Shown: piece by piece, positions 39,101 through 48,247 of the stretch
Position numbering within the stretch: the first letter of the stretch is position 1
Layout: every line of letters begins with the position of its first letter
Origin: Nemertoderma westbladi
Lineage: Eukaryota; Animalia; Xenacoelomorpha
Direction: 5' to 3'
DNA length: 48,247 nt
Assembly: GCA_032718475.1 (NCBI GenBank)
Contig: JAUCBJ010008265.1
Span: 1 to 48,247, forward strand
Position numbers and translations under genes: made by a program
Notes under the pieces: model-generated
Seen by the model: the letters and a program-made list of their open reading frames with translations, nothing else
The model's database searches: none
What the model was told of the DNA's origin: nothing

Positions 39101-42100
39101 AGTATCCCAGATTAAGGCAGTGGAAGACAAGTTCAGGTACCCCGATGTTTCTGGTAGTGAATCCTTTGTCTTTCTTTGCCCTCTTCTCCTCAGCAATCCG
39201 CGCTCCCGTAATTTTTTCATTGACAATCCCTCGTTGATTGCCAATGAACTTACCTGGTTCGGAGGTTTCTTTTAGGATATACTTTGTATGTTCCTCTTTA
39301 CCAACCTCATACTTCAGAAGGTAAGCCTTTTGCATTCTATAGTCACACACCTGGACGTTGGTACAGGATCGCAGGAAGGTGAATAACCTGGGGTTAGTAG
39401 GGACAAAGAATTCACTACTTACAGCGGGGTACTGATGTTGTCCTCCACTGTATCTCTCAATGGGAACAATTGAGTCCTTCCATTCACTATAGACGGCAAG
39501 ACCCAGTTCCTCCATCCTCAACAGAGTAGACTCTGTATACAAACCTTCCCGTTCCTTAAAAAAGGCCGTTGTTCGTTCCGGATACCGGGTGTAGCGGCAT
39601 TTCGGATTCCCTGAGCTGTCGGTATATTTTTTGCAGCGCCCACCACCGGAGTTACAGTTGTGGGTCTGTAGATACTGCAGGTGGTTGAGGAAGTTGGGGA
39701 CATCTTTGTGTTCTATAACACGATCTTGAATTAAGGTCTCGAAATCTGTGCCGAAGGATTTGTTGAATAAACTCTTTGATTGGCAGCAGACTCGGCTTAG
39801 TGTGTCTGACCTTTCTTCTTGGTGTAATGTTAGACCCATGTGGACATGGGGTTTATTTCCTAGGGCGTTTTGGTCCTGAAATTCGTAACGCCAGAAGTAA
39901 TTCCGTGGATGTCCTAGTGGGCGTTGCGGACTATTCATTATCCACTCCATCACATGCGTGACAGTGCGATGCCAGGCACGGAGTAAAAGGACGAGATGGC
40001 CCTCCAGTTGCTCGGCGCATTCCGTAGGGGTTGCTAAAGCGCATCTGTTGATAATGGCGTTATATATGGGAGCAACACCAGGAGTCTCTGTATCATTGCA
40101 CGTTAGAGTGACGAAATAATCCCAAGCGCCATCCTTGGTGAGTGCCGCCAACTCGTTGAGTTTACGACGGGAGTCGATTTCGTCAAAATTTAATTTACTT
40201 TCTGGGTAGGAGTAGCCAATGTCCTTGGGGTCTACCATAAACTCCAACCCTCGTTTCAGGACCAACGTTGGTGAATTAACAGCGAGTTGTTTGTTCAACA
40301 GAGTTGAAAATACTGATGTGATGTATGATAACGTTGTGGATGTGGGAATGGTGTTATCCCTCAGTCGTATAGATAAGTGGTCTTCCAGACTGGCAAGACC
40401 TCTTTTGGTTGAGGTTCTACTGCAATACATGATAGATGGCATTGCCCCAACTACCGAATTAAATTTCGAGCAGTAGAAAAGAGTTGGATAGAGGATGCCA
40501 TCGGGGTATGTTAGAGGTACAGTACCATCACGGCTGAGGGAGGTGATGTGGTGCATCAACCTATTGAAGGTGGCGTTTTGAGGTGGTTGGTTACGCCGAC
40601 GGAGCACTCCGAGTTCATTATTGAGGAGAAGGTGAATGTGGGAGGAACGATTTACATCGTAGATGGGGATACGATCCATCCTGGCGAATAATGTACCGTG
40701 GTCCCTGTCTTCATCCATTATTTCATGGGATCCCAGAACTCCCATGCTGAGATCGATGTTCTCAGAGTCCCTCTCTGGGTCGTCACCATGATCGTCATCC
40801 AGGAATATTGACAACGGATCCTCATCAACAACGGGTACCTCCCTATTAGCAACATTAGAATCAGGAATTACGTCAGATTCAATATCTGCGGTTAAATTGC
40901 GTTGTACAAAGTGATCCCGGCCCTTCTTTAGTTGTTCCTTCCCGTGTTTGAAACACAAACCAGTACGGCAATGGACGTAGGGAAGTCCCCATGGACAGCG
41001 CCATCTGGCTCGTTGGTTGCACCTGGGGATGGAACAGAGAGACTCATTGTTCAGATGTTGGTGCACCAGCAGACAGTCCTGGTGAATGGAGCATCTCATG
41101 TTGGATTGGCCGGCAAAATGTGAGAGTAAAGACTTGGACAGATGATGGTCCATTTTCTTTACAAATATTAGTACTTCGAAGTGCTGGAATGTGGAAAAGC
41201 TGGATAACGTATTGGAACAAATTTCATTAGCTTTGGTGTCCTGGAAGGAGTAATTATCATTCCACCTGAAAATTGTATTACATTCTGTTCCTATAGATTG
41301 GAGGTAGTAGAGTCCATTACTAAGAATTACACAACCGGGGCTACTACTACTTGGAGGTAAAGAGGGGCATTCTAGAACACCCCCCAGAAAACGGCGAGTG
41401 CCATCTCGGATATATAACTCAATAGCATCCCCATTGGAGCGGTTTACCTCATGCCGAATGGAGATCCCAGGGACAGTGGCTAGAACTGTAGCACTTTTTG
41501 TTACAAGGGAGAGTTGTTGGTGCCCATTAGGGTAACTATTTAAAACAACATTATGTAATGTCTCCTCAGTTTGTGTTTGGAATGAATACCTCACTTTATT
41601 TAATGTTGAATATACAACTTTTACTAAGTCTTTAATAAAGTCGGCAGGGTTTTCTACTGACAGAAGATGTTTATGGAGTGGAGGTGAAGATGACAGGATA
41701 GAAACTAAATGACTTTGTAGGGGGAATTTAGCAGAGTTCACAGTGGGAAGTAGGGGTCGACTTCCACTGCTCCTACTATATGGATGGATGAGAGGGAGGT
41801 GGAAATTGTTGCTTTGGGAGAACTGATCTCCAGCATCTTTGGACGTATATTCTTCCCACTGAATAACTGCATCCTCATTGTCCATATATGTTCCCCCAGA
41901 TAAACATTCTTCAACGAGTTCCTCCGGGAAGGCTGGCGCAATCATGGTACCATACATCCCATATACAAACTCCTCCCCTAGATTTCGGCGATTTAAAGTA
42001 CACTGGAGGATATCTGGTCGCCTCTCCAGTGTCAGTCGTTCGCATGACGCCAGTCTGTTGTCGGTGACATGGAAGTCGTAGTCCGCCGCCAGTGATGCCA

Positions 42101-43813
42101 CAGACAATCCATGGTAGCCACCCATATTCTTGAATACGGGTAAGCTGCTGTTGTAGCGACCAACCTTCCCGTCTCTCACCATGTTCGGGACCACGGTAGC
42201 TGGTGCCAGTCTGTCTGGATATTGGAGAGGATCGGGTCGAGGATGGCGAGGAACATGAATATAGAGCTTCTGTGCGTTCTTATGTTGGTCGCAAAGAACA
42301 ACACAAAATCCCAGCTTGGGGTCTACGAGAAGACTGGGTGATACCTCCCAGGAAAGTATAGTGGAGCGAATCAACCAATCTTCTCGTGTACCTTGAACAA
42401 GATGGGGTTTCGGTCTGAAGGATGAGAAGTTGGGGACCCAAAAGTGGAGGAAGTTGTGTAGCTGTAGGAGGTTTCCCTGGTCAATAAACTCTCCACAACC
42501 CATAGGGCACCGGATGGCGTAACATGGATATTTATTGAGGGCGTTTATTATCCTCCCATCAAATAAACTATCCACCTCGGCTTTAAACCACGCCCTCTTT
42601 GCAGTAATATCATCAAAGGAGGGTGGAATGTTAAGGTTTGCGCGGATTGATGGCGAATATCTCATGTTGAGACCCGCCCACGCATTCCTCAACGTTTGTG
42701 GAACAATCTTCCACACCGACCTATCCGTGGTAGTGGTCACTAACGACCATAAGTATGCTGGCCAACCATCACTCCACTTCGGATGTATTGCATTTGTTGT
42801 CAGGTACAACTTACAGGGCTGACATAGCATGAACTCCCCTCGACCACTCCGTTTAAGTTCACCAAACTGCCGTCGGATTATTCCTCCCACAAACTGTAGG
42901 AGCGGCACCTCCATTCCCTCGACAGTTTGTCGAAGGCAGTTCTGGCACCTTCCATCCGGTACAATTTCGTACAAATCATCAGCCATAACATCGTCTTCGG
43001 ATTCCGAATCCGAATCCTCCTCACTTGAAGCCAGCTCCTCACCAGCTTCCTCCTCCAACACCCTGTGGTTGACTCCACTATGAACATTCCCAACTCCGGC
43101 ATGAACTCCAACATTCACTGGGTCTTCCACCCCCTCCCCTAAATTGGGATGTGATACCCTACCATGCTCCGTATTTATATTGGGATTATTTGTTGGATTA
43201 GTATTACTTGGGGGAACGGTATTACTTTCATTTTGTAACACAATTACTGCTGGGCGTGATGGTATAGGCAACTCTGTGTACTGCCTAGACAACTGATTCA
43301 TTTGTGTACGACGTATAAGGGATACATAGTGCGGCCCCAAGTCGTGGATGTAACCTAGGAAAATATCCCGCCCAGTATATCTGCCCTCCCTATGAATGAT
43401 ACCACTACCCGAATTGAATATACGTATATGTAAATGTAGAATTTTTGATAGAATTGAAAGAGAAAATTGATCCCCCCACTCCAGCCCAGTACGTACACGA
43501 TCTACATAAGTTTGATAATTGGAACCCACAGGTAAGATTGGTAGTAAAAAGTCCCTGTATATTTCTTCCCGCGCCCACAATTCATCGGCCACCAAACCTC
43601 TTAACTCAGGAACAGAATAATTTTGTCCGGATTCCATGAGGAGTGCGTGACGGATTGTAAGGTACAAACAGTCGCCGCCGCCTCCGCATTCGATCGCTTC
43701 TCGCCCGATGTTGTTGGCGTACTGGACGGCGGCAACTGTTCCTTGCGTTAGCGATGGCGTTATGTATTGATATGGATGAATAGTAGTTGTTTGTGCTGGA
43801 ATCGCTGATGGAC
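36156..43813 (-). CDS. Helitron-like Rep/helicase polyprotein (OTU protease - Cys/His-rich region - HUH Rep - Pif1-family helicase - GIY-YIG), >2500 aa; probably the terminal exon of a spliced gene
   Basis: The 2503-aa ORF (36156-43667) stays open upstream to 43865 with no ATG. Rep motifs: YFVTLTCN, RYEFQ..PHVHMGL, YLLKY. Helicase motifs: GPPGVGKT, ILIDEVG, PFGGKLIICSGDSEQLPPV, QWPV..AVTVHRIIGLT, LVIISRV. OTU: GGGDCLY..WG..HYVSL. GIY-YIG: FVYIL..YFIGET. Confidence 0.92.
36200..36490 (-). other. C-terminal GIY-YIG (SLX1/UPF0213-like) nuclease-fold domain
   Basis: GFVYILISLPYPDLYFIGETAHFKRALEDHRTGRGTVVT...HPWQPFAFV matches VYiL...Y.G.T.dl.rRl..H..G.g...T....PW. Confidence 0.75.
36720..37960 (-). 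other. Pif1-like SF1B DNA helicase domain
   Basis: Walker A GPPGVGKT at 37917-37940; Walker B DE at 37671-37676; PFGG..GD..QLPPV; R...D...I..LR; motif V at ~36813-36869; motif VI at ~36724-36753. Confidence 0.92.
39300..40510 (-). other. Helitron-type HUH Rep (rolling-circle initiator, Y2) domain
   Basis: Motif 1 YFVTLTCN at 40095-40118; motif 2 HVH at 39840-39848 preceded by YEFQ; H.C...C...C cluster; motif 3 YLLKY at 39309-39323. Confidence 0.9.
43310..43690 (-). other. OTU-like cysteine protease (deubiquitinase) domain
   Basis: Translating upstream of the TTG start gives IECGGGGDCLYLTI (Cys at 43668-43670), then LRGLVAD, EWGD and GPHYVSL (His at 43329-43331). This is the OTU Cys-box, WG, His-box order. 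Confidence 0.8.
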
Positions 43814-43830
43814 CTAAAACAATTAATTTA
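43814..43830 (-). promoter_or_regulatory. Putative 3' splice acceptor (phase 1) for the RepHel exon
   Basis: The minus strand reads ...TAAATTAATTGTTTTAG|GTCCATCAGCG, at the sharp switch from very AT-rich to coding-like composition. Confidence 0.55.
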
Positions 43831-44419
43831 ATAATATTATATATTATAATATGAGATAGAAGAATTTAGATAGTTTGGAAAGTATCTACCAGCAAAGTAT
43901 TCTGATTCTCGAATCTTTATTTGCACTCACTCATTACGTTCGTTCGTGTTACAAAGCACTCAGATCAGTACACTATATTTTGTTGCTTTGAACACTTTTA
44001 TTAGGCTGATAGTTATTAGTGTTATATTTATATTACAAAATTTCCACTATTAGATATATATAGCTTAATAAGAACATAAAAACTAAACAATCTATGTGTC
44101 CACTTAAATAAAAAGTAATATTTATATTCTATGAAATATTTAGTGATATTATTATGATGATTCTGTTTAGAAATGGAAATCACAATGACGGACATCACCT
44201 GGGGTTGAACTTGCGCAAAATTTAATCCCCCCACCCCCCCTCACCCAGGGGAAAGGCAACGCAAAAAACATTAACCTGAAACCTATGCTATTAACTCTTG
44301 TTTATTGTTTTGGTTTGAATAACATACACTTGTAACCTGCACCAAGTGTTACAACCAGTTCGGATCAGCACACTGTTACATATTACTTTACTAACACGTA
44401 TGCTACTTTACTAACACGT

Positions 44420-47400
44420 CATACGAAGTTAAGGTTCCAGAATACTACCAGCGCGGCATATAACTGGTAACAAACGGGGATACAATGGTAGTAAATATAA
44501 TTACTTGGTGGTCTATTTGATATAACTTAGTCATACAAAGTTAAGGTTCCAGAATACTACCAGTATGGCATACAACTGGTAACAAACGGGGATACAATGG
44601 TAGTAAATATAATTACTTGGTGGTCTATTTGATATAACTTAGTCATACGAAGTTAAGGTTCCAGAATACTACCAGCGATGGCATACAACTGGTAACAAAC
44701 GGGGATACAATGGTAGTAAATATAATTACTTGGTGGTCTATTTGATATAACTTAGTCATACGAAGTTAAGGTTCCAGAATACTACCAGTCGGGCATACAA
44801 CTGGTAACAAACGGGGATACAATGGTAGTAAATATAATTACTTGGTGGTCTATTTGGTATAACTTAGTCACACGAAGTTAAGGTTCCAGAATACTACCAG
44901 TATGGCATACAACTGGTAACAAACTGGGATACAATGGTAGTAAATATAATTACTTGGTGGTCTATTTGATATAACTTAGTCATACGAAGTTAGGGTTCCA
45001 GAATACTACCAGTATGGCATACAACTGGTAACAAACGGGGATACAATGGTAGTAAATATAATTACTTGGTGGTCTATTTGATATAACTTAGTCATACGAA
45101 GTTAAGGTTCCAGAATACTACCAGTATGGCATACAACTGGTAACAAACGGGGATACAATGGTAGTAAATATAATTACTTGGTGGTCTATTTGATATAACT
45201 TAGTCATACGAAGTTAAGGTTCCAGAATACTACCAGTATGGCATACAACTGGTAACAAACTGGGATACAATGGTAGTAAATATAATTACTTGGTGGTCTA
45301 TTTGATATAACTTAGTCATACGAAGTTAGGGTTCCAGAATACTACCAGTATGGCATACAACTGGTAACAAACGGGGATACAATGGTAGTAAATATAATTA
45401 TTAATTGGTGGTCTATTTGGTATAACTTAGTCATACGAAGTTAAGGTTCCAGAATACTACCAGTATGGCATACAACTGGTAACAAACGGGGATACAATGG
45501 TAGTAAATATAATTACTTGGTGGTCTATTTGATATAACTTAGTCATACGAAGTTAAGGTTCCAGAATACTACCAGTATGGCATACAACTGGTAACAAACG
45601 GGGATACAATGGTAGTAAATATATTATTACTTGGTGGTCTATTTGATATAACTTAGTCATACGAAGTTAAGGTTCCAGAATACTACCAGTATGGCATACA
45701 ACTGGTAACAAACGGGGATACAATGGTAGTAAATATAATTACTTGGTGGTCTATTTGATATAACTTAGTCATACGAAGTTAAGGTTCCAGAATACTACCA
45801 GTATGGCATACAACTGGTAACAAACGGGGATACAATGGTAGTAAATATAATTACTTGGTGGTCTATTTGATATAACTTAGTCATACGAAGTTAAGGTTCC
45901 AGAATACTACCAGTATGGCATACAACTGGTAACAAACGGGGATACAATGGTAGTAAATATAATTATTAATTGGTGGTCTATTTGGTATAACTTAGTCATA
46001 CGAAGTTAAGGTTCCAGAATACTACCAGTATGGCATACAACTGGTAACAAACTGGGATACAATGGTAGTAAATATAATTACTTGGTGGTCTATTTGATAT
46101 AACTTAGTCATACGAAGTTAAGGTTCCAGAATACTACCAGTATGGCATACAACTGGTAACAAACGGGGATACAATGGTAGTAAATATAATTACTTGGTGG
46201 TCTATTTGATATAACTTAGTCATACGAAGTTAAGGTTCCAGAATACTACCAGTATGGCATACAACTGGTAACAAACGGGGATACAATGGTAGTAAATATA
46301 ATTATTAATTGGTGGTCTATTTGATATAACTTAGTCATACGAAGTTAAGGTTCCAGAATACTACCAGTATGGCATACAACTGGTAACAAACGGGGATACA
46401 ATGGTAGTAAATATAATTACTTGGTGGTCTATTTGATATAACTTAGTCATACGAAGTTAAGGTTCCAGAATACTACCAGTATGGCATACAACTGGTAACA
46501 AACGGGGATACAATGGTAGTAAATATATTATTACTTGGTGGTCTATTTGATATAACTTAGTCATACGAAGTTAAGGTTCCAGAATACTACCAGTATGGCA
46601 TACAACTGGTAACAAACGGGGATACAATGGTAGTAAATATAATTACTTGGTGGTCTATTTGATATAACTTAGTCATACGAAGTTAAGGTTCCAGAATACT
46701 ACCAGTATGGCATACAACTGGTAACAAACGGGGATACAATGGTAGTAAATATAATTACTTGGTGGTCTATTTGATATAACTTAGTCATACGAAGTTAAGG
46801 TTCCAGAATACTACCAGTATGGCATACAACTGGTAACAAACGGGGATACAATGGTAGTAAATATAATTATTACTTGGTGGTCTATTTGATATAACTTAGT
46901 CATACGAAGTTAAGGTTCCAGAATACTACCAGTATGGCATACAACTGGTAACAAACGGGGATACAATGGTAGTAAATATAATTACTTGGTGGTCTATTTG
47001 ATATAACTTAGTCATACGAAGTTAAGGTTCCAGAATACTACCAGTATGGCATACAACTGGTAACAAACGGGGATACAATGGTAGTAAATATAATTACTTG
47101 GTGGTCTATTTGATATAACTTAGTCATACGAAGTTAAGGTTCCAGAATACTACCAGTATGGCATACAACTGGTAACAAACGGGGATACAATGGTAGTAAA
47201 TATAATTACTTGGTGGTCTATTTGATATAACTTAGTCATACGAAGTTAAGGTTCCAGAATACTACCAGTATGGCATACAACTGGTAACAAACGGGGATAC
47301 AATGGTAGTAAATATAATTACTTGGTGGTCTATTTGATATAACTTAGTCATACGAAGTTAAGGTTCCAGAATACTACCAGTATGGCATACAACTGGTAAC

Positions 47401-48247
47401 AAACGGGGATACAATGGTAGTAAATATAATTACTTGGTGGTCTATTTGATATAACTTAGTCATACGAAGTTAAGGTTCCAGAATACTACCAGTATGGCAT
47501 ACAACTGGTAACAAACGGGGATACAATGGTAGTAAATATAATTATTAATTGGTGGTCTATTTGATATAACTTAGTCATACGAAGTTAAGGTTCCAGAATA
47601 CTACCAGTATGGCATACAACTGGTAACAAACGGGGATACAATGGTAGTAAATATAATTACTTGGTGGTCTATTTGATATAACTTAGTCATACGAAGTTAA
47701 GGTTCCAGAATACTACCAGTATGGCATACAACTGGTAACAAACGGGGATACAATGGTAGTAAATATAATTACTTGGTGGTCTATTTGATATAACTTAGTC
47801 ATACGAAGTTAAGGTTCCAGAATACTACCAGTATGGCATACAACTGGTAACAAACGGGGATACAATGGTAGTAAATATAATTACTTGGTGGTCTATTTGA
47901 TATAACTTAGTCATACGAAGTTAAGGTTCCAGAATACTACCAGTGTGGCATATAACTGGTAACAAACGGGGATACAATGGTAGTAAATATAATTACTTGG
48001 TGGTCTATTTGATATAACTTAGTCATACGAAGTTAAGGTTCCAGAATACTACCAGTATGGCATACAACTGGTAACAAACGGGGATACAATGGTAGTAAAT
48101 ATAATTACTTGGTGGTCTATTTGATATAACTTAGTCATACGAAGTTAAGGTTCCAGAATACTACCAGTATGGCATACAACTGGTAACAAACGGGGATACA
48201 ATGGTAGTAAATATAATTACTTGGTGGTCTATTTGATATAACTTAGT
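44420..48247. repeat. Tandem array, 112-bp unit (some 115-bp variants), ~34 copies, running to the window edge
   Basis: Unit CATACGAAGTTAAGGTTCCAGAATACTACCAGTATGGCATACAACTGGTAACAAACGGGGATACAATGGTAGTAAATATAATTACTTGGTGGTCTATTTGATATAACTTAGT at 44420, 44532, 44644 and onward. Confidence 0.98.

Larger units (their letters stand above)
33550..48247 (-). mobile_element. Autonomous Helitron-like rolling-circle element including flanking arrays (termini not defined)
   Basis: An intact RepHel frame is flanked by related repeat arrays. No unambiguous 5'-TC / CTRR-3' ends were found, so the boundaries are inferred. Confidence 0.55.

Noticed and set aside
36211-43639. Small ORFs nested in or antisense to the large CDS
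   Set aside because: Shadow ORFs of a long coding frame, with no motifs.
44190-44275. Possible first exon (ATG TTT TTT GCG...TGG|GTGAGG) on the minus strand
   Set aside because: The donor is phase 0 relative to that ATG, which does not fit the phase-1 acceptor at 43813.

Overview
AT-rich, repeat-dominated, eukaryote-like DNA. Bases ~28-30139 are a head-to-tail array of ~16 copies of a ~1.9 kb unit; its many short ORFs are repeat echoes, not genes. Next come a frameshifted LINE-ORF1-like relic (30.3-31.0 kb) and a 559-bp MITE with ATAT target duplications. The main feature is a 7.6-kb uninterrupted minus-strand frame encoding a divergent Helitron-type RepHel polyprotein. Its order is OTU protease, Cys/His-rich region, HUH Rep (Y2), Pif1/SF1B helicase, and a C-terminal GIY-YIG domain. 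The gene lies between two related direct tandem arrays (136 bp x11 and 112 bp x~34). Eight ~74-nt hairpins start ~85 bp after its stop codon. Short pieces of the 1.9-kb unit recur near the gene, so the arrays and the rolling-circle enzyme may form one system. All calls come from reading motifs by eye; no database search was run.
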